The position numbers and the translations under genes are program-made. Under the pieces are notes generated by a model. That model was not told the origin of the DNA. It did no database searches and saw only the letters and a list, made by a program, of their open reading frames with translations. A DNA stretch of 63,642 nt, counting the filler, from Basidiobolus ranarum (lineage: Eukaryota): NCBI GenBank assembly GCA_040143965.1. It is 43 parts of 43 records of this genome, joined end to end, with 100 filler letters (N's around TTAATTAATTAA, not from the genome) between each part and the next. Parts side by side here need not be neighbours in the genome. Positions count along the whole stretch, not along the records: positions 1 to 1,389 come from JASJQH010012205.1; positions 1,490 to 2,878 come from JASJQH010012206.1; positions 2,979 to 4,366 come from JASJQH010012207.1; positions 4,467 to 5,854 come from JASJQH010012208.1; positions 5,955 to 7,341 come from JASJQH010012209.1; positions 7,442 to 8,828 come from JASJQH010012210.1; positions 8,929 to 10,314 come from JASJQH010012211.1; positions 10,415 to 11,800 come from JASJQH010012212.1; 35 more parts are not named here. One strand, given 5' to 3'. Below are positions 1-11,900 of this stretch, piece after piece. Each line of letters begins with the position of its first letter. Within the stretch, counting starts at the first letter, position 1.

Positions 1-430
1 CAGTACATGTTGGAGTGAGTTGTCTAGCTTGAGGTTGGTGTTTGGCAGCTCTTGCCTCTTCACGACAGTAGAAGCTTCATCTCTTTCAACTGGCCATGGC
101 CATGGTTGCATGGCAGTACGTCTAGGAGCAGGTTGTCTACCTTGTGGTCCATGTTTGGTGGTTTATGCTTTTTCAAACACAGTGGAAGCTTCATCTCTTT
201 CAACTGGTTGTTGCCATGGTTGCATTCCAGTACATGTTTGAGCAAGTTGTATACCTTAAGGTTTGTTTTTGGCAGTTTCTACCTCTTCAACCTTGGTAGA
301 AGCTTCATCTCTTTTGACTGCCAGCCGTGACCTCTGTTGCATGGCAGAATGTGTTGGAGCATATCATCTACCTTGAGGTTTGTGTTCAACTGTTGTAGCT
401 TCTTCAAGTGCAGCAAAAGCTTCACTATCT
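1..430 (-). repeat. 114-bp (38-codon) degenerate tandem repeat, about 3.5 units
   Basis: GAAGCTTCATCTCTTT starts at 71, 185 and 299, with a degenerate copy near 416. The minus strand gives a repeat resembling KPQGRQPAPTRTAMQPRxxPVERDEASTVFEEA. Confidence 0.85.
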
Positions 431-1389
431 CTCTCAAACACGCATTGTCTTGGTCTCATGGGTGTACACATTGTAATGGATTGCTGTCTTAGTAGATTGC
501 TCTCAGGTGTCAGATCTTCATCCAACAAAGCGGAAGGTTCAATATTCTTGTGGTTTGCCTTTCTTGCTGTCATGTGGTAGTATACATTAATCTGGTATGT
601 CTTTCTGGTGGCATTCTCCTTGGAGCTGACTCTTCTCCAGATGTAAAAAGCTCACTGGTTGGTTTTGTTGAATCAGGTAAATTGCACACTTTGATGCATG
701 ATAATGCAGGCCATCCTCTTTCTAGTTCTTTATCAACTGCTTGCTCTTCATCAAAAATGGGGGAAACATCACAGACTCTTCCAAGCTGGCATTGCTGTCA
801 ATGTGTACTACTAGCTGATGAAGCAACTTGTTGGGCTCTTGTCCTTGTTCGAGGGGCTACCTCAATTGTAGTGGTGAGTTGTGTAGATTCCTCTTGAGAT
901 ATAGATACCTTGTCAGGAGTCTCTTCAATTTGGAGTGATCTAGATACCTCTGCCACGGTCTAGACTACTCCAATTTGCCTTTGTGAATATCTTCTGATTC
1001 AATAAAGTGTCTTGCTTTTCTCTTTCCACCTCTGTTGATTACTCTTGCTAAAGTGTCCTGAAGTGTTGTTTTGAACTCTGCAACCTTCATCAACAGTTGC
1101 TACAAAGTCTCAATGAGTAGTAGTACATATCTACTTAGAACATCATTTGTCTCTAAATTTGAGGCAGCAATGGTTGCTTCCGGTCCATACAAGCAAAAAC
1201 ATAATTAGAATTGTGTCTTTGTGGACTCAAAATTAAAATTCCTATTTCTCAATTCATGCTTTCTATCCTCATGAGTCTAATTGTATATTTTCTTGCAGAC
1301 TTTTGAAGGCATGAAGATATAGTATTCTTTCCAAAACAGAGTTGAAAGTTGCTTCCACTTTTGTCTAATGCCCCCTTCCCCAGCTTCTG
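1..1389 (-). pseudogene. Decayed multi-copy ORF of unknown function (helical N-terminal part, S/T/E-rich region, 38-aa repeats)
   Basis: 810-1389 is clearly homologous to 26746-27305. It is CpG-poor with in-frame stops. Confidence 0.6.
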
Positions 1390-1489
1390 NNNNNNNNNNN
1401 NNNNNNNNNNNNNNNNNNNNNNNNNNNNNNNNNTTAATTAATTAANNNNNNNNNNNNNNNNNNNNNNNNNNNNNNNNNNNNNNNNNNNN
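1390..1489. other. Artificial contig linker N44-TTAATTAATTAA-N44 (first of 42, recurring about every 1.48 kb)
   Basis: Identical six-frame-stop spacer inside N runs. Contig lengths decrease steadily, so the contigs are size-sorted. Confidence 0.98.
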
Positions 1490-2878
1490 TTGATGCCCGT
1501 GACTACCCTTCTAAATGGCAAAACCATCAGAGAACTATCATAATATTGGTAGCTTGCATTTTGCCAGGGATTTTGATGATGTAATGGTGGTTCCTTGACA
1601 GTATTATGATGGTATTCATGCATGTTACAATATTGATCCTCATATTTGGTATGCATTATTAATTTGAGGCAATTTTTGCAAAATATAATTTTTGAATAGC
1701 AAATTACTGGGTTTACTGCTGTAGGAATTTGAATTAATATGCATGCCTTTATTTAGATATTTTAGGATTTGTATTCCAGCCATAATGAGAATCAAAAGAT
1801 ACAGGAATCTTATTGTGCTTTGTCTCTACATATGCACATACTTGACTGATCAGATATAACTCAACAACATGAATATGCATTACCAGCAAACTAACAGTGG
1901 AAAAATTGCTAAACATCTGAAATTTTGAATAGCAATGACACTTGGCAAATAGCTGACTCTTTTTACCATTCACAATGAAAATAAGATGTTGAATTTTGCC
2001 AAATTTCCATCAAGAATTTAGCCAATATATCCCCAACTTGCAGCTTTCCTAAAAATACCATCAGATTTTCACACAAGCAAATTAGTCCAATTATAAAGGT
2101 ACTTACTCTGTGTCCATGGATTGGGCTTTGTTGCTCTTATTGTGCTCAGACAATGCAAAAACCCATGAGCACATTGAAAAGAGACCTTTGTTGGCAGGTT
2201 AATATACTCTGGAGTCTCCTTAACCCATCTCAACACATCCATCACTGATTTTGCGGATACATTGTTAATCAGATTAGCATATGGTAATACTCACAATTTC
2301 ACATGGAGCATCATTTCACCACAGTTGTGCTCCATGGGGAACTCCCATAATGTAAAGCAAGGGCCTATAATCTCTAAGCATTGTGAATGATGCAGCAGGG
2401 AATGTATTGAATACCAGCATAGATTCAGTCTATCTTCTTTAAACCTGTAATAAAGTTCTTCATATCCAATTAAAAAATCTTTTCACTGTTGCTGTATCTG
2501 CCTGCAATCTGCTAATGCAAGTTGATGCCATAAGAATATATTAACAATATTGACAAACAACACCCAATGTTGCCAATACTTATCAGGCAGAAATCTTTTC
2601 AAAATTCCACTTCAAAATATACAAATCTAATACTTCAAGGCTTTGCATTTGAATAAACACCTAGATGAGAGGATATTGATTGGAGTCCTGGTAAAATATG
2701 ATGATATCTTGATGTTTTCAAGCATTTGCCTAATTGATTCAAACTTTGATCCTATCTTGAATGGCTGATTCATATTGAATTTTCCACTTTATAGCTAGCA
2801 AGTAGTATTGGAATTTTGTTGAATAGTAAGTGCATAGTGCCTAATTGGAAGCTCTGGCTCCAGCTGATCCCCTTTAGC
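1490..2878 (-). mobile_element. CACTA/CMC transposase C-terminal half plus subterminal region, decayed
   Basis: Homologous to 34157-35538 (HSLLH...GP...W.FPME..CG motif). Intron at 2049-2106. Confidence 0.8.
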
Positions 2879-2978
2879 NNNNNNNNNNNNNNNNNNNNNN
2901 NNNNNNNNNNNNNNNNNNNNNNTTAATTAATTAANNNNNNNNNNNNNNNNNNNNNNNNNNNNNNNNNNNNNNNNNNNN

Positions 2979-4366
2979 TAGGAGATATTGGCACATAACT
3001 CCCACAGAATATGTAATATCTGGCTGTGTTCCAACCATGATATTCATCAAACTACCAACCATAGATTGATAAGGAAATTTCTGGCTTTCATTTGAATCCA
3101 AGAACATCTGATTTGAGCCATTTTTGGTCAAGTTAAGATTTGTCTCCATTGGGATAGATACTGGATTACATTCTTCCATTTTAAACTTCCTGAGTATATC
3201 TAGGATATACTTAGACTGGTTTAAAGTTATTGTTTTGGTAGTTCTATCTATGTTAATTTGGATTCCAAGATAGTACGTCAGTTCACCAAGATCAGTTATT
3301 TTGAGTTTGGCAGATAAGCTGGATTTGGTGTTCTCCAAAGTCTCCAAGTCATTGGTTGCTATAATAAGATCATCTACATACAAGGCTAATAAAACTGGGT
3401 TTATCTGATCTGGCCTAAAGTAGATACTATTGTCAGCATTACTATATTGGAATTTGAGTGTTTCCAAAAAAGCATCTATCTTGCTATTCCAAGCTGTTGG
3501 AGATTATTTTAAGCCATAGAGTGTTTTCCGGAGTCTGCAAACCTTTTTAGAATTTTCTGGGTCCACAAATCTGTCTAGCTGGTCCATATAAATCTCCTCA
3601 GCAAGCTCACCATTCAAAAAGGCAGTTTTAACATCCATTTGATGTATAACAAACTGCTATTTAGCTGAAATTGCTAAAATCAATCTAATTGAATTAAACT
3701 TTGCTACAGGAGCAAAAGTTTCTGTATAATCTATTTGTGGTGTTTGGGAATAGCCTTTGGCTACTAGTCTAGCCTTGTGCCTTTCTATATTGCCATCAGA
3801 GTTGTATTAACTTCAAACACCCATCAGCAGCCAATTGATTTTCTATCACCAGGTAAGTTGGTTAAAATCCAAGTTTGATTATCAATCAAAGCCTGGTACT
3901 CATCAGCCATTGCAGATCTCCAAAATTTCATGTGAGGGCCATTCAGGGCCTCTTTTACAGTCTGGGGTTCATGTATTTGAGCTGTGCAGGCATAGGCCCA
4001 ATTTTGGGGCTCATTGATGTAGTAATCAGGGCTATTTCCGATCCGATTTGATCTCCTGGTGTGGGATAAAGATACTACAACTTCTGGCATTGTATTGGGC
4101 ACTTCAGTAGGCAAAATTTTGGTTGAAGGGTCCACAGGAATGCTATTTTCTTCATTGTTTTGGTTTGAATCAATTTGAATGATTGGATCAGGAGAAAATT
4201 GATTTTCGTCATCATCTGAGGTCATTTTGGGTGAAAAATTTTCATTTTCATTAAACAAAACATCCCTGGACTTGATTAACTTGGAAATTTTGGTATCATA
4301 GAGTCTGTAGGCCTTAGTTTGAGTACAATAACCCAGAAATATGCATTTCTTACTTTTTGGATCAAA
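2979..4366 (-). mobile_element. Ty1/Copia pol fragment (integrase C-terminus and RT)
   Basis: LALYVDDLII, TDLGELTYYLGIQI, EPQTVKEALNGP, YQSMVGSL. Confidence 0.95.
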
Positions 4367-4466
4367 NNNNNNNNNNNNNNNNNNNNNNNNNNNNNNNNNN
4401 NNNNNNNNNNTTAATTAATTAANNNNNNNNNNNNNNNNNNNNNNNNNNNNNNNNNNNNNNNNNNNN

Positions 4467-4841
4467 ATTGGGAAAATATGGGCTGTTCGGAGGAACTTTA
4501 GAAAAGTGGAGTTGTGAATAGCTTTGTGAGATTGTTGTTTATTATCCAGAAATAAAGCATTTATACTTTTTGGTGGAAATACAGAAAACTAACGCTGGGG
4601 TTGTGTTCAGAACATCTGTGGGAGTAAAATGAGCTATATTTGGGGCAATTTGGATGAGTTTGAAATTCCAATATGGATTGCTAATTCTCACATTATTCAC
4701 ATATATATATAATATATATTCCAATTGTCAGCTAAGTGATATTTGACTAAGTAATGTTAACTAACATATATGTGATATATGAAATAGTTAGGTGTATAAA
4801 GATAGAGATAACAAATATAACAAAGACAATAAACTTCAACA
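4467..4841 (-). repeat. Copia LTR type 1 (about 378 bp)
   Basis: Reverse complement matches 39163-39540 and 24782-25159. Confidence 0.9.
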
Positions 4842-5027
4842 CTTCATTAGCTGCTTTTCTTTCATATCCAAGTCAATAATTGTGTATATTTTTGAGATTT
4901 TCAATGAATAGGCCTATACTAGCCCAATTGCCATTTGCTTGCAAAAACCAGGCATAAGCAACATGAAATAAGTCAAGAACCTTCAGACTAATGCCTGGAT
5001 TTTGGTTTTTTCACAATTGGCACAAAT

Positions 5028-5530
5028 TCAGGTGATTTCAGGCAAGATTCCACATAGTTTCCAAAATACTAAACCACTCATCCTCAGAGCAGTGATGGCA
5101 GCTCTGTCATTCTGAGTTGTTTGGTTTGCCGGTTTTCCTATGAGGTTTCTACTTTGATGTGCGCAAACAAATTCAGGTTGTTGTGTAGGCTTGATGGTCC
5201 AACACCGATTCTGCCCTGCTAGCTTGTCATGGTGATGTTCATATGTATGATGAGAGATTGATTGAAATCCCATATGAGAATGGATGGAGGGAGCAGCATG
5301 TGACTGTAGCTCAGGTACAGCATTTGGAAGGCCTTGTATCATTGTTGAGTGACTCTCTAACTACTGACTACTTGCTCCCAAACACTGCATTAATTGCAAT
5401 ATTGTGGCATTATTACTTGTCATGGCCTGTATAGCACCTTCATAGTTTTTGCTTATGATTGCATAAAAATCCTTATGGTGTTCTGCCTGCAATTCCCACG
5501 TTGTAATAATTCTATCCAAATTTTCTATTA
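5028..5530 (-). pseudogene. Decayed unknown multi-copy ORF
   Basis: 5400-5525 is homologous to 25335-25460; 5028-5130 is homologous to 42420-42535 (opposite strand). Confidence 0.45.
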
Positions 5531-5954
5531 TTGTCACAAAAATACTTGTGCTATGAACGCAAGAGGCTTCATAAAAAAATAATTACAAGCACTGTACAAA
5601 GCCTGGTGAATATCAACAGTTATAAGTGCTCAAAATCAACTATAGTTTTGTCCACTGAGTCAACCAACTGTACTTTGCCTCAAAGTTTTGGTTACACTGC
5701 CAAAAGTAAAGATACCATGAATTTACCACAGTTATGTGACCAGAATAATGTAGACTGAAATGCAACTTTAGTCAAACCAGTAAGTCAAGACAACTTTGAG
5801 GACATGCTGCTAAATGTTGACCTTGGTTATTCCAGTACTGATGGTAGTATATTANNNNNNNNNNNNNNNNNNNNNNNNNNNNNNNNNNNNNNNNNNNNTT
5901 AATTAATTAANNNNNNNNNNNNNNNNNNNNNNNNNNNNNNNNNNNNNNNNNNNN

Positions 5955-6179
5955 CAGTATATTCCCTATTCAGTATATTATGTTTCACCTTGCAATGTCT
6001 ATATAAGCCCCATGTATTCCTTGATCTGACCTCAGTCTGATCAACACCAGTTATCAATAAAGATTTTTGACAAAGTAGCTTCCTTGTCTTATCTTGTCTT
6101 GTGATCTACACCCAAGTACTCTCCTGCCTTCTAGCCTCTTGTTATTGTTCCCATTCTTGTTCAATTCCTTATTGTGACA
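5955..6179 (+). repeat. 3' part of the Gypsy LTR, ending TGACA
   Basis: 5955-6065 matches 30975-31085. The TGACA end complements the TGTCA start at 30676. Confidence 0.75.
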
Positions 6180-6821
6180 ATTGGTCAGTTTAAATTGCGC
6201 AGATAAGCTGTATTTTGTTCTCTCCAAAATCTTGAAAATAAATTTTCTTCCAATCCAATCATACAAGCTGATTCAAAATAAAACAGCAAAGAAAATAGCA
6301 TTTCTGTGGACCTTTCACCCAAAATTCAGGCCACTGAAGTGCCCAACACAAAGCCAGAAGTTCTAGTACCTTTATCCCAAACCATGAGATCAAATAGAAT
6401 AAAAAACAGCCTTGATGACAATTTTCATATGCCCAAAAGTTGGGTTAATGCATGTATACTTGTATTGGCATGTAAGCCATCCTTACAACTGCAATATCTT
6501 AAAGGTTGTGTACAGTGCCCAAAAGGCACAATAATCACAGTTGTATTGCTCTGGAATTTGCTGTATTATAAGTCTGTCTCTTGTCTCTTGAGTGTTAATA
6601 CATAGAGGAACCAAGCCTCTAGATACATCTGAGGACTGATAGACCACAATGCTATGTCCACCTTACTCTGAAATAATATGCTGCCACCAGAAAAAGAATA
6701 AACCAACTTCAGTGTCCTTGGAGAAGGGTCAGATAAAAAGCATATATCAATCAAAATGAATAGTAAACTGGGTCTGCAGGGTCTTAAGCAAGGATGTGAT
6801 GAAATATTGAGCCTCATATTT

Positions 6822-7341
6822 GCCATGTGTTATTTAATCTCCAACAATTTATGCAAAAAACTAACTTTTGAATGGCAAATAACGGGGTTTACGGCTATAG
6901 GAATTCAAAGCAATATGCATGTCTTTGTTTAGATATTTTAGGCTTTGTATTCCAGCCATAATGAGGATCAAAAAATAGAAGAATTTTTTTGTGTTTAGTC
7001 TCTACACATGCCTATACTTAACTGATCAGACATAATTCAATAACATCAACATCCTTTACCAGCAAACTGAGAGTAGAAAAATTGCAAATATCTGAAGTTT
7101 GAATAGCACTGACACTTAGCAAAGAGCTGACTCTAGTTACCATTCACAATGAGAATAAGCTCTTGGATTTTGGCAAGTTTCCATAAAGAGTTCAGTCAAG
7201 TATCCCCAACTTGCAGTCAACAAATGTGCTGCCACAAGCAGATGTGTTATTGCTTGAATAGATTACCCCATGGCTAAAATGATAATACTGCCTATCTCCA
7301 TCTATCTCACCAAGAAGTCTGTCTTGTAGCTTTCCTAAAAA
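6822..7341 (-). mobile_element. CACTA/CMC transposase 3' exon fragment
   Basis: Homologous to 1640-2050 and 34157-34530. Confidence 0.8.
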
Positions 7342-7751
7342 NNNNNNNNNNNNNNNNNNNNNNNNNNNNNNNNNNNNNNNNNNNNTTAATTAATTAANNN
7401 NNNNNNNNNNNNNNNNNNNNNNNNNNNNNNNNNNNNNNNNNTTTCTGTGGTGGCCATCTCACCAGAGTAAGATCACTTCTTTTTGGGAGTTCACAAAGGG
7501 ACTACTAGCAAATCCATCGCCTCAGACCAAGCTTCATATCTGTCACAGCTTGGAGCACTAACAACACAGGTATGTAAGAGATTTCTTTGTGATTCTTTTT
7601 TCAATAGCTAAACTCTTTTTGTAGACTATACTCACCGTCACGTAAGAATAGAAACTAGTCTGGTGACTCACTAAAGGGCTGGAGCATTAGAAGCAGTAAG
7701 TTACTTCGCTACCAAAGCTAAATCCCAACCAAATATAAAGAATTTATTTAG

Positions 7752-7970
7752 TATTACATAGAAGTAGGGATTGGCACACCACGACAAGTGCTTCGATTGT
7801 TTTTCACATGGATTGGCATTGACCCAAATATCTGCAGATCCTGTGTCGATAATGAGTCTTGCCAATCCAAACCACGCTTATTTTATCCAGACAGAGTGAG
7901 TAGCTTTGTACCTGATGGTCAATCCTGGGAAATTGAATACACAGATAGTTCATTTGCCCAAGGAGTTCTT
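7752..7970 (+). pseudogene. Pepsin-like (A1) aspartic protease exon lacking the DTG motif
   Basis: YYIEVGIGTPRQVLRL...C...C...FYPDRVSSFVPDGQSWEIEYTDSSFAQG, flanked by TTTAG and GTGAGT splice sites. Confidence 0.7.
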
Positions 7971-8928
7971 GTGAGTCCTCATTCCCTGTCAATATAGCAT
8001 GGTGTATTTATTAGTGTTCTCCGATTTGGGAAAACCTGTCAATCGGACACTTGAGCTTAGGGAGTCAAAAGAGTGTTCTTGACACAAGACTTTAAGCGTG
8101 GAAGCACCGGATTGCTCACATAAGTTTGCTGTGTACCTGTTAAAGAATAGACAAAACTCCGAAATAACATTCGACCACGTGAACGAAAACTTAGTATCTT
8201 CTTAAACATGCCGCAGTATTTTGGAAAGTCTGAATTTAGCTGTGTGTTCATGCTCACTTCGAGTGGTTTTCATTTTGGCTTGGTGAATTAGTTCCAAATC
8301 ATTGCGCATCAGATGTCACTCTTACATGCTTCACTCCCGGGTGGGATAGATATCCAAACTGGATTAAATATTATTCGTGATTGCGGCGCCTACATTTTTT
8401 TAAAGAAAAATATAACTAGCATAGAGATGCCGGTGATTATTGGCCAGCTAGCAGTCACACATACCTGTACAAATCTGTTTATTTATTCAAATCAATGAAA
8501 ATATATTCGTCCATATAATAAACTTTGCTTTTATACCACAATCTATCAAACTCAGCGAAGATGTGTGGAAGGATAGTATTATCACAGGTACGCGAGTCAT
8601 CCCAAAAGAAGGATATTCACATAGCATATGAAGTAAAGGTGAATTATTTTATTGTCAATCTCCTAGGATCCTCAAACTCTACAAAACGAATTTCACATTC
8701 AAAGGTGGCAAGGACGTGATCAGTATCGACCCAGGTATTAAAACTTCGTGGTTTACAAATTCGTGTTATTTTGAGTATAATACTTCGATTATTGAACTTT
8801 GAGTAAAGTTTTAACGTAGCACCTTCCANNNNNNNNNNNNNNNNNNNNNNNNNNNNNNNNNNNNNNNNNNNNTTAATTAATTAANNNNNNNNNNNNNNNN
8901 NNNNNNNNNNNNNNNNNNNNNNNNNNNN

Positions 8929-9071
8929 ATATCTGAGAACTTCCAAGTTGGTGTCAATATTCTAAGTAAATTCCTCATGAGAATAATGGATAATATCTTA
9001 GTGAATTATAAGATAACTGAGTACTAAGCTATATATGACTATATAGGTGCTTAGGCAATGCTAACTTCAAC
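8929..9071 (-). repeat. Copia LTR type 2, 5' part
   Basis: Reverse complement begins TGTTGAAGTTAGCATTGCC and matches 28985 onward. Confidence 0.85.
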
Positions 9072-9199
9072 AGTTACCATTGCAATTATCTCCTCCATTA
9101 CCAACGCCACTGTTAGTGTTCCTGTTTCCATTAATACCCTTACCAGCTTCATATGCACGAGCTCCAGTGACGCTATTTCTATAGCAATTGTCTCCTCCG

Positions 9200-9595
9200 T
9201 TTCCAATCAAATGGACCTATTTTGCACTGTTACCGAAGGAGTAGCATGGGCTCACGGGTGGTAGGGCTAATAGGTAGGATAAGTCCATACTTACCGTGTG
9301 CACTCTTGTCGGAATGGCTTTAACCCTAACCCACATTGACCAATCAAATGGTCTAATTTTGCACTCTTACCGGAAAAGTATCCCAGTATAAGCAGTAGAA
9401 ACATTTTACCTTACCGGAAAGATCATGACCCTAAATCGATTTTTACCAATCAAATCGCTATGATTCTGCACTCTTACCGAAAGAGCAGCATGGCATAAAT
9501 GGTAGGAAAAGTGTTCTCTTACCAGAATGACACTAACACTTTGACCAATCAAATCACTACGATTCTGCACTATTACCGAGAGAACAGCCTGACAT
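9200..9595. repeat. Degenerate direct-repeat array (CCAATCAAAT...TGCACTCTTACCG)
   Basis: Units near 9203, 9340, 9446 and 9545, with extra CTTACCG sub-motifs between them. Confidence 0.7.
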
Positions 9596-10413
9596 GAGTA
9601 GTATTTGTGAATATCCATTGTTTGGATGGATAACGGATAATAAAGTATTGGTATTCTTTTTTTCTTGATTAAACACCCTTACCACGACATCCCAGATAGC
9701 ATCGAATTTACTGTTGGGTATCAGAGTATGTTTACCAGAGCTACCATTCAAATCTGCATCTAAATTCACCAGTATAAATCATGACTATATATAGTGATAC
9801 AGATTTCATGACATCTGGTATAGTTATAACATCCAGTTGAAATATGGCTCACATCTAGCATTTCATGGTAAGTATCGGGAAAACAGATTGTTGCAGAGCA
9901 CATTAAAAAATATCCGAATCTCAGATATTTGTGGATTTATTATTATTATCAACCTATTTGTTGTCATAGTTAAGGGGCAAAATTCCTGACCAAATTTACA
10001 GGAAGATACGGGAAAATTTCTGACCTAATTTCCAGGATATTTTCTAGAAACGACATCAAGGAAAGAAAATTCTCTTAAATAGCTAATCAACATACCGCAG
10101 TGAATCACTACTATCACGTGATATGGAACACTATATAATTCAATCAGTTCAGGGACTCTTGAACCAACAACACAGTACCACACAAGCAAGTAGATAATGA
10201 CGAACGTACAAAAGCAGAATGTTACCTTTGACCACCAAGGTCTCAAGATCGCTGGTATCTTGAACATTCCACACAATCTAAAAGAAACTGACAAACTTCC
10301 CGCAATTGTTTGTGNNNNNNNNNNNNNNNNNNNNNNNNNNNNNNNNNNNNNNNNNNNNTTAATTAATTAANNNNNNNNNNNNNNNNNNNNNNNNNNNNNN
10401 NNNNNNNNNNNNN

Positions 10414-10945
10414 NTGATGTTATATCCAAGGAATTCAACTTGGGCTTGATCAAATTCACATTTCTCAAGTTTAGCATGGAGCCCAGCGGGTTTCAGCTGT
10501 TCCAGGACTTGGGAAACCTGAATATTATGTTCTTCTTGAGTGCTTGAGAAGACCAAGATATTGTCAAGGTAGATTACCACATATTGGTCAAGATACTCTC
10601 TGAAGATATCATTCATCATGTGTTGAAAGACTGAGGGGAATTAGTAAGTCCAAATGGCATGACATTGTATTTGAAGTGTCCATAGTGAGTTGAAAAGGCA
10701 GTTTTCCATTGGTCTCCTGGTTTCATTCTTACAAGATTGTGAGCACCTCATAGATCAATGTTTGTAAACACCTTGGCCAAAGCAAGCTGATCCAAGAGTG
10801 AGTTGATTAATAGCATGGGGTACTGATTTTTGACTGTAATGCTCTTTAGGCCTTGATAATCAACACAGAGATGGAGGGATCCAACTGTTTTCTTAACAAA
10901 CAAGATTGGAGAGTCTGCTGGGGACTTTGAATGTTGGATAAATCT
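10414..10945 (-). mobile_element. Ty3/Gypsy RT fragment
   Basis: SKSPADSPILFVKK..GSLHLCVDYQGL, VVIYLDNILVFS, KLEKCEF. Confidence 0.93.
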
Positions 10946-11800
10946 GGCATAATATTGGTGGTTTGCATTCTGCCAGGGATTTTGATGGTGTGATGGTGGT
11001 TTCTTGACGGTATTCTGATGGTATTCATACATGTTAAAATAATGATCCTCAAATTTGGCATGTGTTATTCAATATCTGGCAATTTTTGCAAAATATAATT
11101 TTCAAATGGCAAATTACAGGGTTTACTGCTATAGGAATTTGAATTAATATGCATCCCTTTATTTAGATTTTTAAGCTTTGTATTCCAGCTATAATGAGAA
11201 TCAAAAAATACAAGAATCTTGTGGTGTTTAGTCTCTACATATGCACATACTTGACTGATTATACATAACTCAACAACATCAATATGCTTTACCAGCAAAC
11301 TAAAGTGGAAAAATTGCTAAACATCTGAAATTTTGAATCGCACTGACACTTGTCTCCTTAACCCATTGCACTACATCCATCACTGATTTTGCTGATATAT
11401 TGTTAATCAGATTAGCATATGGTAATACTGACAATTTCACATGGAGCATCATTTCACCACAGGTGCGCTCCATTGGGAACTCCCAGAATGTATAGCAAGG
11501 GCCTATAATCTCTAAGCATTGTGAAAGATGCAGCAGGGAATGTATTGAATACTGGCATAGATTCAGTCTATCTTCTTTAAACCTGTAATAAAGTTTTTCA
11601 TATCCAATTACAAAATCTTTGCACAGTCACTGTATCTGCCTGAGATCTGCCAATGTGAGTTGATGCCATAAGAATATATTAACAATATTGACAAACAACT
11701 CCCAATGTTGCCAATACTTATCAGGCAGAAATCTTTTCAAAATTCCACTTGAATATATACAAATCCAATACTTCCAGTCTTTGCATTTGAATAAATGCCT
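10946..11800 (-). mobile_element. CACTA/CMC fragment with an internal deletion
   Basis: Homologous to the other CMC copies. Deletion junction near 11352. Confidence 0.8.
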
Positions 11801-11900
11801 NNNNNNNNNNNNNNNNNNNNNNNNNNNNNNNNNNNNNNNNNNNNTTAATTAATTAANNNNNNNNNNNNNNNNNNNNNNNNNNNNNNNNNNNNNNNNNNNN

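Noticed and set aside
1434-1445. Regularly spaced palindromic TTAATTAATTAA, resembling an array
   Set aside because: It is always embedded in N runs, so it is an artificial six-frame-stop linker. ORFs ending in XXX-LIN are artefacts of it.
9200-9595. CRISPR-like array
   Set aside because: The repeats are degenerate, the spacers are long and unequal, the context is eukaryotic and there are no cas genes.
10748-11032. Novel fusion of an unknown N-terminus to reverse transcriptase
   Set aside because: It is a chance in-frame junction between the CMC arm and a decayed Gypsy RT.
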